Virus record (IMG/VR): IMGVR_UViG_3300033076_001052
Span: 1 to 36,665 of that record
Reading direction: 5' to 3' (one strand)
Source of the DNA: a virus
Taxonomy: Duplodnaviria > Caudoviricetes
DNA length: 36,665 nt
The notes beneath the pieces were generated by a model, which did no database searches, was not told the origin of the DNA, and saw only the letters and a list, made by a program, of their open reading frames with translations. Positions 17,750 through 25,210 of the stretch are shown piece by piece (within the stretch, counting starts at the first letter, position 1; every line of letters begins with the position of its first letter). The position numbers were made by a program, and so were the translations under genes.

Positions 17750-17895
17750 TGAATCCTCAAGGCCATTTTAACTTGTTCGACGACCCAACGATCGTTGTTT
17801 CCGTACTGCATGAATCCAAGGATCAGCTTGTCGTATTCATCGCCCACGAATCCCAGAAGACGCTTGATATGGGCGAGGCGAGTCTCGTCGCTCAT
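17746..17895 (-). CDS. Small hypothetical protein (49 aa, MSDETRL...)
   Basis: SD GAAGGGGA and ATGA overlap at 17892-17895. Confidence 0.5.
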   Translation of the reverse strand: MSDETRLAHIKRLLGFVGDEYDKLILGFMQYGNNDRWVVEQVKMALRIQ

Positions 17896-18152
17896 TTCCC
17901 CTTCTCCTGCTCGGCCTTTTCTTCGTCGATGCGCCGCAGCGACTCTTTCGCCTTGTCGGACCAAACTCGCCGCTCAACGAATTGCTGTCTCGACATCTTC
18001 CATGATTTCGCCATCCCCCTCTCAAACCGCAGAAGGGTAACGCCGCCGTCTTCTCTGATGTGCTTCACGATCCAGTGCGTGATTTCGCACCCTCGCTTTA
18101 CGATTAGCTCTTCGCCGACTTCGATCGGTCTATCGCTCTTCTGGTCGGTCAT
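17892..18152 (-). CDS. Hypothetical protein (86 aa)
   Basis: SD GAGGTG; coupled to both neighbours. Confidence 0.6.
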   Translation of the reverse strand: MTDQKSDRPIEVGEELIVKRGCEITHWIVKHIREDGGVTLLRFERGMAKSWKMSRQQFVERRVWSDKAKESLRRIDEEKAEQEKGK

Positions 18153-18349
18153 GGGGTCACCTCGGGCTTCTCAATGCAATGATGTTCCGGCACCGGATCC
18201 CCAAGAGGAATGAATCCGTGCGTGAATCCGTATCGATGGTAGCTGCAAATCATGCACTTGCCTGGAAACCTGCCGACGAAATCCTCAATCATCGCGATAT
18301 CTCGCTTGAACATCAGCTTGAAGATCAATCTTCGAATAAGGTTTATCAT
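18149..18349 (-). CDS. Hypothetical protein (66 aa; CMIC..H...HHC metal-binding motif)
   Basis: SD AAGGAG; coupled downstream. Confidence 0.55.
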   Translation of the reverse strand: MINLIRRLIFKLMFKRDIAMIEDFVGRFPGKCMICSYHRYGFTHGFIPLGDPVPEHHCIEKPEVTP

Positions 18350-18404
18350 TTCGGCTCCTTGCTCTCGGGGGATTGCGGGCTCCCGAACGGGCGAGCCCTG
18401 GATG

Positions 18405-18641
18405 TTACTCGTGATCCGATCCGAAAATAGACGCGGCTTTCTTGGCTACCGCGATCCACGCATCCGATTGCTTTGTCTTGGTCTGGTCGGCTCGGAAGTC
18501 GTACCAGAGCGGAAGCGGATCGCCTTGGAAGTTAACGCCGCCAACGGATTCGCAATAGGCGCTGTAAAGAAATCCGGCCAAGTTTTCAAAGGTGATCATT
18601 TTCGGTTCTTGCGGTCCGGCGTCGATTGTTACGTTATCCAT
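18405..18641 (-). CDS. Conserved phage hypothetical protein (78 aa)
   Basis: SD GGAGG; 'LY.AYC..VGG..F.GDPLP.W..F.......Q..AW' motif. Confidence 0.7.
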   Translation of the reverse strand: MDNVTIDAGPQEPKMITFENLAGFLYSAYCESVGGVNFQGDPLPLWYDFRADQTKTKQSDAWIAVAKKAASIFGSDHE

Positions 18642-18702
18642 CGTCTTTTCCTCCGGGCGAAATTGCCCAATAAAATCAATGCTATTTACTCGACGAGTTT
18701 TG

Positions 18703-18954
18703 CTAATTCTCGGTAACTAACTGCTTCGAAATCTCATCAATGATCGTCGGATGAGCGATGAACGTGTCGCCAATCCGATACATCTCCTGTTTCGGGACCG
18801 TCGCGAATTGAGGATATTTCTTTCTCCACTTCATTCGGATCCGCTTGCGCTTCGTTTTCGGAAGTATCGGACGGCGTACGGTTTCGGTGAGGTACGGATC
18901 TCCGATCAGCTGAAATCGATCGAACATCTTCATTGATGGGAACCCGAATCTCAT
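18703..18954 (-). CDS. Basic hypothetical protein (83 aa)
   Basis: ATG at 18954 overlaps the upstream stop; 'KRKRIRMKWRKKY...HP' motif. Confidence 0.6.
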   Translation of the reverse strand: MRFGFPSMKMFDRFQLIGDPYLTETVRRPILPKTKRKRIRMKWRKKYPQFATVPKQEMYRIGDTFIAHPTIIDEISKQLVTEN

Positions 18955-19223
18955 GACTCCGACTTCGCCTCCTGCTTTATTCCCGCTCTTCGTCGGAGCT
19001 CTCGGATATATGTCCATACCCGACACTTCGCGGCCTCTACTGTTAGTGGGGTTGCGGCATCTATTTTCGACCACTCGCTAAAAAACTCTTCGTCACTTGC
19101 GAGCGACCCTGGATTGTCGAGGCGATCCAATTTGCAGGGATCGCCCATCGCGCACGAAAGACCGCACGGATCGCCGTCTCGACAGTGCTTCCCGACAAAA
19201 AAATCACGCTTGTTCATAGTCAC
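18951..19223 (-). CDS. Hypothetical protein (90 aa, Cys-rich N-terminus)
   Basis: SD GAGGG; coupled downstream. Confidence 0.5.
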   Translation of the reverse strand: MTMNKRDFFVGKHCRDGDPCGLSCAMGDPCKLDRLDNPGSLASDEEFFSEWSKIDAATPLTVEAAKCRVWTYIRELRRRAGIKQEAKSES

Positions 19224-19271
19224 TCACCCTCGCTTACTTACTGAGAATCAGTTTTCTCACTACTCCCATCC

Positions 19272-19346
19272 ACCAGCCCCGCACCGGTAGGCACTAGGCA
19301 CCCTTCGGAGCGCCCCTTGCGTACGAGCCAGCCGATATGGGGCTGG
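19272..19346 (-). ncRNA. Candidate structured RNA element in an intergenic gap of the early operon
   Basis: Perfect 8-bp outer stem CCAGCCCC/GGGGCTGG extended by TATCGG/CCGGTG, plus inner hairpin GGGCGCTC-CGAA-GGGTGCCT. G-U pairs favour the minus strand. Confidence 0.35.
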
Positions 19347-19353
19347 GGCATGG

Positions 19354-19521
19354 TCATCTGTCCATGTTCGCAAAACTCACCCTAGCCAACTCCCGAACAA
19401 CCGATCCGATCGCCGAGAGTAGTGCCGAGTGTTGCCGTTCCAGTTTCGCAATCCGCTTTTTCATCGCCCGCAGATTCCGCAGCGTGAGATCGGGTGGGGT
19501 GCGTTTCTTTTTGGCGGTCAT
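19354..19521 (-). CDS. Small basic coiled-coil protein (55 aa, MTAKKKRTPPDLTLRNLRAMKKRIAKLE...), not in the ORF track
   Basis: SD AGGGGA and ATGA overlap with the upstream gene. Confidence 0.55.
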   Translation of the reverse strand: MTAKKKRTPPDLTLRNLRAMKKRIAKLERQHSALLSAIGSVVRELARVSFANMDR

Positions 19522-19781
19522 ATCTTCCCCTGTCGCCTCATAAGGACATCGATCAAGGCGCGCTTAAAAAGGGTCCTAATCACGATCGCGAGATTGCTAC
19601 CAACAAGGCATGGCCCGTCGACTTCCTCGCAAGCAGTCTCCGTTATCCGCAAGCGCGCGCCGCGCCATTCAAAACGGATGGCGTTCTTTTCGCTCAAATC
19701 AAGATTCGTGATCTGGTCGCTGTACGGAAGCGCTCTATAGACAGCCTCGATCAACATAGGCTGATGATTTTCTTCGCTCAT
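19518..19781 (-). CDS. Hypothetical protein (87 aa)
   Basis: SD GAGGAG before ATG 19781. Confidence 0.6.
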   Translation of the reverse strand: MSEENHQPMLIEAVYRALPYSDQITNLDLSEKNAIRFEWRGARLRITETACEEVDGPCLVGSNLAIVIRTLFKRALIDVLMRRQGKI

Positions 19782-19782
19782 C

Positions 19783-20160
19783 TCACTCCTCGCGCTTCCA
19801 GATTGTTTCGCCGTCGTAATCCAATATTTCCCAAGCGAAGTTGGCATTGCATCGATCGAACCTTCCGCTGTCCGGTTGGAATATCCGAAACTTCCAGCTA
19901 TCGTTAGCGATCGACTCGATCGGACTGTAGACCTTTGTCACGATCGCCTTTCGCCCGTACCTATCGATCAGCGTCATACCTTCGCAGATAGTCGGCATCG
20001 GCTTCGGATCAGGAAGGCGGCGGTAGGCAGCGATTTCCTCACCGCATATGAAAACCGTTGGTCTGATTCTGTTTTGCGCAGAAATCAGATCGTTTTGCGC
20101 TTCCCATTCAACCGGCTCCCACCTTCCCGGCTTCCCCGGCAGTTCAATTCCCTTCGTCAT
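19783..20160 (-). CDS. Hypothetical protein (125 aa)
   Basis: SD GGAGGTGAGG; tiles the operon. Confidence 0.6.
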   Translation of the reverse strand: MTKGIELPGKPGRWEPVEWEAQNDLISAQNRIRPTVFICGEEIAAYRRLPDPKPMPTICEGMTLIDRYGRKAIVTKVYSPIESIANDSWKFRIFQPDSGRFDRCNANFAWEILDYDGETIWKREE

Positions 20161-20338
20161 CCCTCACCTCCATCGCCTCATATCCAATTTCTTTCGCGCA
20201 CTCGATCATCGACAAAAACAACGGCCCATTGATCAACGTCTTCCGCGCCATCAAGAACTCGATCCACGCTTGCCCCTCAGTCGCGCCGCGAGCGACGGAG
20301 GTTCCGAACTTGTCAAAGATGGTCCACCAGCTTCTCAT
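20144..20338 (-). CDS. Hypothetical protein (64 aa)
   Basis: ATGA coupling; tiles the operon. Confidence 0.5.
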   Translation of the reverse strand: MRSWWTIFDKFGTSVARGATEGQAWIEFLMARKTLINGPLFLSMIECAKEIGYEAMEVRDDEGN

Positions 20339-20796
20339 TCGTCGATCTCGACCTTCACGCGAACCTTGCCGGCGAATTCCGGACGCATCGCGATCTCGAC
20401 TTTGATCTGCTCGGGGTCGACTCCATAGGCACGCGCCACGGACTCAAGCGCGTCGACGTAAGCGTCTCGAAATGTCTTTCCGGGTGCACCGGCGGCCGGG
20501 TTTCGCTTCTCTGCCTTCGCCTCTCGCGCTCGTGCCGTCCGCCTGCATACTTTCTTGTACTCTTCGCGCCGAATGGCATACGCGCAGCTCTCCGAGATGC
20601 CGAACGCCTTCGCGACCTCTTCGACCGGCGTCTCGCCTTCCTGCATGATCTGATAGACCATCATGCGATCGGCTTTGCCGAGCCGGGTCCATTTCTTTTT
20701 TCCGTGCGGCGCGGCCGAACCATTCACCGATCCCGCCATCGTCTTCTCAATCTCTACTTGGATCCCCATATCTTTCTCACCCATATCAACTCTCAC
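20335..20796 (-). CDS. Helix-turn-helix DNA-binding protein (up to 153 aa; start uncertain)
   Basis: 'GETPVEEVAKAFGISESCAYAIRR' HTH motif. Confidence 0.7.
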   Translation of the reverse strand: MRVDMGEKDMGIQVEIEKTMAGSVNGSAAPHGKKKWTRLGKADRMMVYQIMQEGETPVEEVAKAFGISESCAYAIRREEYKKVCRRTARAREAKAEKRNPAAGAPGKTFRDAYVDALESVARAYGVDPEQIKVEIAMRPEFAGKVRVKVEIDE

Positions 20797-21011
20797 TGCA
20801 CCGGCCCCTTCGTTTCAAAATCCTGAATCGTCGCGAGTTTCAACGTAAGCGACACCGAACGAGCCTTGATGAAGAACGACCTCAAAGCCTCCATTCGAAG
20901 TTGCGCCTCCGTGTCATTCGGAGCGCTCGATTGATTCATCTCGTCCCAAACATCCAGAAGATGCGCGACGTAAAAGATCACCGCCTCCCATTCCCGATCG
21001 GTGACCTTCAT
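20793..21011 (-). CDS. Hypothetical protein (72 aa)
   Basis: ATG 21011 overlaps the upstream stop; SD GAGG. Confidence 0.5.
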   Translation of the reverse strand: MKVTDREWEAVIFYVAHLLDVWDEMNQSSAPNDTEAQLRMEALRSFFIKARSVSLTLKLATIQDFETKGPVQ

Positions 21012-21172
21012 ACGTGCCTCGTGATGATGAGGACGACCGCATAGCAGACGGCCCAGAACACGACGCAGGCGGCAAGCATTCCGACCCATACGAGAGCCCG
21101 CGCAATCGGCCGCATCGGTTCAATCTCGTCTTCGATGTCGATGTAATGCTCTTTCTCGTGAATGATGCTCAT
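21008..21172 (-). CDS. Small membrane protein (54 aa)
   Basis: Hydrophobic 'ALVWVGMLAACVVFWAVCYAVVLII'; ATGA coupling. Confidence 0.55.
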   Translation of the reverse strand: MSIIHEKEHYIDIEDEIEPMRPIARALVWVGMLAACVVFWAVCYAVVLIITRHV

Positions 21173-21366
21173 CCCTTCTTCCCTCCCTTCACGACTATCA
21201 AGGCTGGTTCCGTATCTGCACACTCTTTCGCTACGCTCCATGCTCCGTCTCCGACGCCGCGTTGGTACTCCTTCGCCAGAACAACAGCGTTAACCGAGCC
21301 GCGAGCTATCCAGCCAATAATTGCCGACACCACACATGCCAGAACGAACTCAATCATTTTTCTCAC
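21169..21366 (-). CDS. Small membrane-anchored protein (about 62-65 aa)
   Basis: N-terminal hydrophobic helix, then 'YQRGVGDG'. Confidence 0.5.
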   Translation of the reverse strand: MRKMIEFVLACVVSAIIGWIARGSVNAVVLAKEYQRGVGDGAWSVAKECADTEPALIVVKGGKKG

Positions 21367-21682
21367 CTAGTCCTTTAACCTCACGCATTTCGAAATAACC
21401 TTGGTGGTGCGGATGTTTCAGTTCGAACACTCGCGACAAATAGGCGGTGTAATTATTGTTCGCCCGGTATTCGCCGGACTTTTCAATTTCGACTTCCCAT
21501 CTCACGCGCTCCATGATCGCCTTTGCTCCAATCTTCCGATTTGCGGCGATCGCTTGCAGGGCAAAGCGTTCAAACTCTCGCCACACGTCGTAGTTGTGCG
21601 CGATGTAGTCGATAAACTTCTCAATGGTCTTTTGCGGCACGCCCTCTTTTGCGAGGCGCTCGCATATCTCGAATGCTTGCAT
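21350..21682 (-). CDS. Conserved phage hypothetical protein (110 aa)
   Basis: ATG 21682 coupled to the upstream TGA; 'FERFALQA...IGAKAIMERVRWE...NNNYTAY.SR.F...P...G.FEMR' motif. Confidence 0.7.
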   Translation of the reverse strand: MQAFEICERLAKEGVPQKTIEKFIDYIAHNYDVWREFERFALQAIAANRKIGAKAIMERVRWEVEIEKSGEYRANNNYTAYLSRVFELKHPHHQGYFEMREVKGLGEKND

Positions 21683-21954
21683 CAGTAGTCGAGCCCCCCG
21701 CCGTTTCGTGAGCCCATCTGACGCGGCGCTTGATATGGGATCGGCTTCGGTCGAACGCGGTATCGCTTGCCGTTCTCCTCGCGCTCCTCCCATACCGCCG
21801 GATTTTGAATCAGCACGATTGCGCCCTCCGACGTGATAGCCGCATACAGCTTTTTTCTCTCCTCCTCGACGTTCGCCACGTACATCGGAGCGGTCGAAAT
21901 CGGCGGATATCCGCAATTTTCAAGTGACGGTTGTTGAATTTCAGTTCGTCTCAT
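21682..21954 (-). CDS. Hypothetical protein (90 aa) downstream of rep
   Basis: ATGA coupling to rep; SD GGTGAGG. Confidence 0.55.
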   Translation of the reverse strand: MRRTEIQQPSLENCGYPPISTAPMYVANVEEERKKLYAAITSEGAIVLIQNPAVWEEREENGKRYRVRPKPIPYQAPRQMGSRNGGGLDY

Positions 21955-22883
21955 TTCCTCACCTTCGCGTTATCGAGATACATCCCTTCGCGCTCCGCTC
22001 GTCGCTCGTTTGCGAGAGCCTCAAGCGCCTTCTGTTTCGAGCGACCGATCAGCGTTTCGTAAGCGCTAAACCGGGACAGGTCCTTGCCTTCGCGTTTCAG
22101 GCGGTCGTGGTAGCTCACAGCCGCTGCAAAGCCGAGCTTGAACCGGTCAGGCGGGATCCCGGATTGCGCGTAGTCCTCGAAGACGTGAATCAGGTTGGGA
22201 AGCGAAATCCAGAGATCCGGGTATTTCCGCATTGGTCGCCAACCGGCGTTGATGAATGCTGAATTCGTGCAAACTGCCGGATCTTCGGCTGGTACCAGGG
22301 CCTTTTCGGCGATCTCGGCGTACGAAGCCCCCTCCTGCACCTCCCCGTTCGGATTTGAATTCGCATTCGGGTTTGTATTCGTATTCGTATTGGGGACGTT
22401 CAACGTCTGTTGGTGAATTGGTTGAACGCTCGTTGAACGGTCGTTCAACGTCTGTTGAGCGACCGATGGAACAGGAGTCTTACGAGACTCAGCGGAAGCA
22501 CGGCCAGCGCTCCGCGCCTGCTCGCGCCTTTCCTCGTATCGATCCATCCGACTACGGAGAGACGGAGACGTATAGCCATCGGGCGCATGGACAAACAGAC
22601 CGCAGTCGATTGCGCACTCTATGAACGCCGATAGCTTATCGAACGAGATAGAGAGGGAAAGGCAGATACCTTTTAGGCTCTTTGAGCGAAGGAGAAGATC
22701 CGCGTCTTCTCGCATGATCTCAATGCAGGCCCAATAAAGTCCGTAGTATTCAAATCCGCCTTCGGCACGGAGGGCTAGGATTTTTTGATCATGACGAGCG
22801 TTAGAGTCGTGAAGAAATCCAGGGGACTCTTTCTTGCGGCGTGTTGCCGATGCTTGTGATACTGTCTCGGGAGACGGGGCCAT
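21951..22883 (-). CDS. Phage replication initiator (DUF4373 / Lin1244-like N-terminal domain, ~310 aa)
   Basis: 'FLHDSNARHDQKI.ALR...G...YGLYW..IE' motif, 'ARSAGRASA..R', then a low-complexity linker with DNA repeats. SD GAGGAAG before ATG 22883 (the track's GTG 22934 is the alternative start). Confidence 0.8.
   Translation of the reverse strand: MAPSPETVSQASATRRKKESPGFLHDSNARHDQKILALRAEGGFEYYGLYWACIEIMREDADLLLRSKSLKGICLSLSISFDKLSAFIECAIDCGLFVHAPDGYTSPSLRSRMDRYEERREQARSAGRASAESRKTPVPSVAQQTLNDRSTSVQPIHQQTLNVPNTNTNTNPNANSNPNGEVQEGASYAEIAEKALVPAEDPAVCTNSAFINAGWRPMRKYPDLWISLPNLIHVFEDYAQSGIPPDRFKLGFAAAVSYHDRLKREGKDLSRFSAYETLIGRSKQKALEALANERRAEREGMYLDNAKVRK
22363..22460. repeat. Iteron-like repeats in the rep linker; probable replication origin
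   Basis: cgttcaacgtctgttg occurs twice (22397, 22442); gttgaacg at 22421 and 22432; palindrome cgttgaacg-gt-cgttcaacg at 22431-22450; adjacent gtattc-type hexamer repeats encoding NTNTNTNPN. Confidence 0.65.
22834..22863 (+). promoter_or_regulatory. Candidate antisense promoter inside the 5' end of rep
   Basis: TTGCGG (22834-39), 18-nt spacer, TGn-extended GATACT (22858-63). Confidence 0.4.
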
Positions 22884-22918
22884 CGTTGCTTCCTCAACGA
22901 ACCTCGTCACCGTTTTCG

Positions 22919-22955
22919 AGCCTCTCGGAGTCACGCCTGAGAGGCTTTTTTATTT
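22919..22955 (+). terminator. Rho-independent terminator oriented antisense to the early operon
   Basis: Stem agcctctcgg / ctgagaggct followed by ttttttattt on the + strand. Confidence 0.65.
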
Positions 22956-22973
22956 GGTGCGAGGTCTGGTTAG

Positions 22974-23063
22974 CCTCGCAACCCCTACTTATCGTTAGAA
23001 CTCCTTACCGAGAACGTGAGAACTCGGTAAAAGTCACTACTGATAAGTAGCGGGGGAGCGAGG
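22974..23063. other. Long nested stem-loop in the recombinase-rep intergenic region
   Basis: cctcgc/gcgagg, ctacttatc/gataagtag (9 bp perfect) and ttaccgag/ctcggtaa (8 bp perfect) are nested. Confidence 0.6.
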
Positions 23064-23134
23064 GCGATCGCTGCTTTGTTCTCAGCGGTCAAGTTAACGG
23101 ATACCCGAATCGCTGATTCGTCGCAATCGGATAT

Positions 23135-24226
23135 TTACGCTTTGATGCGAGTCACGGCCGCGAGGTGTCGCAAATTTGATTGCGAGGGATTTAATTCGAT
23201 CGCTGCGAACACGTCCGAATCATCTCGGTCGCGCAGCTTGTCATACCGCTGCACCATATCTACCGACGCATGACGGCTGAATTTTTGGACCGTCCGGTGG
23301 TCGAGTCCTCGCTCAAGTAAAAGCGTGATCGTGGTAGCCCGCGCGGCGTGCGGACCAACTTCCTCGGGCACGCCAATTCGTCGCATCCATTGTTTGAAGA
23401 TGAGGTAGGCCGATTCGGTCGAGAGCGGCTTTGCATTCTCCGAACGTCGATCGAGCGCAGAGAAAACCGGATCGATTCCGGCGGCACCTTCCGCCCGTCG
23501 CGCTTCGACGTGTCTCATGACGACCGGCGCGGCCCACGGTAAGATTTGCTGCTTCGCCGTGGTGCCGTTTTTGGTGCAACGGAGGTGGAGGTATAGGTTT
23601 TGATTCTGCTCGCTCACATCGCGCATTCTGACGCCTACGGCCTCATTTCTACGGAGGGCACCGCCGAACATCGCAGCGATGAGGGCGAGATCCCGTTGCT
23701 CGCTCGCGTTCGCGGGCTTCCACCTCATGAGCTCCTCGACTTTCGCGAAGTCCACCATTTGCGTTTCCCGCCGGCCGTCCGATTTGTGTCGTGAGAATTG
23801 TTTCGCGGTCCGGGCGAGAGGATTCGCCGAAATAACTTCGAGCTCGATCATGACATCGAAGACCGCCTTGAGGCTTAGGAGTTTCGTCGATACCGTCGCG
23901 AGGCTTACGTTCTCGTGCGCAAGCGAGATGCGCCCGGTTTGTCCCGGCCGCGCCTTCGCCCAATTCACGTAATCATCGATGTCTGATTGCTTCAGTTTCC
24001 GGAACGCCTCGATCCCCTCGTCGGATCCGTATTCGATACGGAGGACGGTGCAGAACTCCCTAAGGGCTCGCAAGTACTGCTGTCGCGTTCGTCGTGCTCT
24101 GTGCGCGGTCAAATAGTTTTCGAGTTTGGTCCACATATCCAATCGATCTTCTCGGTTGGAGGGTACGCCCGGAACCATTTTCGGGCGAGGGAAAACTATG
24201 GCGGAAACAAAGGTTTTAATACTCAT
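23135..24226 (-). CDS. Tyrosine recombinase / integrase (XerC/D-like, 363 aa)
   Basis: Complete catalytic set: GGALRRNEA (R), TKNG (K), HAARAT (HxxR), FSRHAS (H), MVQRYD (Y); N-terminal SAM-like 'TRQQY...LREF', 'ATV..KL.SLK..F' and 'NP'. Confidence 0.92.
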   Translation of the reverse strand: MSIKTFVSAIVFPRPKMVPGVPSNREDRLDMWTKLENYLTAHRARRTRQQYLRALREFCTVLRIEYGSDEGIEAFRKLKQSDIDDYVNWAKARPGQTGRISLAHENVSLATVSTKLLSLKAVFDVMIELEVISANPLARTAKQFSRHKSDGRRETQMVDFAKVEELMRWKPANASEQRDLALIAAMFGGALRRNEAVGVRMRDVSEQNQNLYLHLRCTKNGTTAKQQILPWAAPVVMRHVEARRAEGAAGIDPVFSALDRRSENAKPLSTESAYLIFKQWMRRIGVPEEVGPHAARATTITLLLERGLDHRTVQKFSRHASVDMVQRYDKLRDRDDSDVFAAIELNPSQSNLRHLAAVTRIKA

Positions 24227-24266
24227 AAACCCTAATTACGGCTATGGGTTATGAGTGTTCGAAAAC
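24213..24266. promoter_or_regulatory. Inverted repeat overlapping the recombinase start codon
   Basis: aatactcataa(a)ccc ... gggttatgagtgtt with outer gtttt/aaaac arms; the ATG complement (24224-26) lies in the stem. Confidence 0.5.
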
Positions 24267-24271
24267 AAAAA

Positions 24272-24299
24272 ATTCTAGTAAAATTCGATACTAAAACAA
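24272..24299 (-). promoter_or_regulatory. Candidate promoter for the recombinase
   Basis: TTGTTT-16-TAGAAT on the minus strand in an AT-rich intergenic region. Confidence 0.3.
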
Positions 24300-24426
24300 A
24301 CTGCAAAAAGGTGTATCGGACACTCCAATAAAGCGCCCGCCCTCCGAGATTGAGGGAAGGCAAATAGCATGTGATTTTTTTACAAAGAACAAAAAAAACG
24401 ATCGTCTATTCGGATTTGGATTCTGC

Positions 24427-24475
24427 TTTGACGGAGAGCAATCCGACCACGGGCGCCGGATTGCTCTAGGTCAAA
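24427..24475. other. Hairpin directly after the stop of 24478..24816
   Basis: Perfect 11-bp agagcaatccg/cggattgctct plus outer tttgac/gtcaaa; no U-tract. Confidence 0.5.
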
Positions 24476-24477
24476 CA

Positions 24478-24816
24478 TCACGGCTTTTTCGCAGTGAATT
24501 CGATCCGCTTCCCCGGATTCGCTTTTTCGAGAATCCGGATCGCCCTATCCACAACCTCTTCGTCGGAAAGCTGCTCCGTCTGAACTATCGGCGCGACCTC
24601 CGGCTTTGCGTTGCAATCGACGAGCGTGCAGCGCACGGATTTCTCTGCGGCTTTCACTCCCTCGACGGACAACTGAAGCACCTTCGGGACACCGACGATG
24701 AAGACGCACACGACGAACCATCCTCGCAAGTGTCCAAACAATTTCATGGTCGGCGCCGACAACTCTTCAATGTGCTCGCTTACCGTTTTTTGCTGCGCGT
24801 AGCGTGACTCATTCAT
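24478..24816 (-). CDS. Single-pass membrane protein (112 aa)
   Basis: SD GAGGT; TM 'GWFVVCVFIVGV', then a C-x4-C-containing soluble part. Confidence 0.65.
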   Translation of the reverse strand: MNESRYAQQKTVSEHIEELSAPTMKLFGHLRGWFVVCVFIVGVPKVLQLSVEGVKAAEKSVRCTLVDCNAKPEVAPIVQTEQLSDEEVVDRAIRILEKANPGKRIEFTAKKP

Positions 24817-24842
24817 AAAAACCTCAATTTCTCAGATAGTCC

Positions 24843-24873
24843 AAAACGGTCCCGGTACGGTCGTACCAGGACC
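24843..24873 (-). terminator. Probable intrinsic terminator after the lipoprotein-like gene
   Basis: Minus strand GGTCCTGGTAC-GACC-GTACCGGGACC followed by GTTTT. Confidence 0.6.
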
Positions 24874-24886
24874 AAGCCCGATACAT

Positions 24887-25210
24887 TCAATTTCCGGCAC
24901 CAAAGAGTTTATCCAGCGTTCCGGGGATCTTTGCCCTCTCCGTCTCTTGGGTCTCTTGGGCCTCGCGCACGGCCCAAGCGGCGGACTTGATTCCCTTGTC
25001 CTCTTTGCCGTTCGTCACGAGCGCGTTTTGCATGTCGGCAAATGCCCTCATGCCCGCCTCATCCGCATCGATCAGAATGTGGCCGCGTTGCGTAGGATTC
25101 GATGCGCTAATAACTCCGCATCCGGTACACGAGAACGCCGCCAAGACGGACATTCCAATAACGCTTGCTTGCCGAGCTCGCCACGACTTCCATTCGTTGA
25201 TCCAATTCAT
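24887..25210 (-). CDS. Putative lipoprotein (107 aa)
   Basis: SD AGGAAGG; basic n-region, hydrophobic stretch and 'FSCTG|C' lipobox-like site (non-canonical). Confidence 0.6.
   Translation of the reverse strand: MNWINEWKSWRARQASVIGMSVLAAFSCTGCGVISASNPTQRGHILIDADEAGMRAFADMQNALVTNGKEDKGIKSAAWAVREAQETQETERAKIPGTLDKLFGAGN

Noticed and set aside
18377-18398. GC hairpin gggctcccgaacgggcgagccc as a terminator
   Set aside because: No U-tract on either strand and a bulged stem; function cannot be supported.
21350-21916. Upstream-extended starts in the ORF track (also 3262, 8392, 13235, 16926, 17964, 19074, 19847, 21089, 21241, 25829, 27229, 33276)
   Set aside because: Extensions overlap neighbouring genes; downstream ATGs with SD or stop-start coupling are better supported.
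22363-22460. CRISPR-like mini-array
   Set aside because: Repeats are at most 16 bp, irregularly spaced, in both orientations and inside the rep coding region; better explained as iterons.
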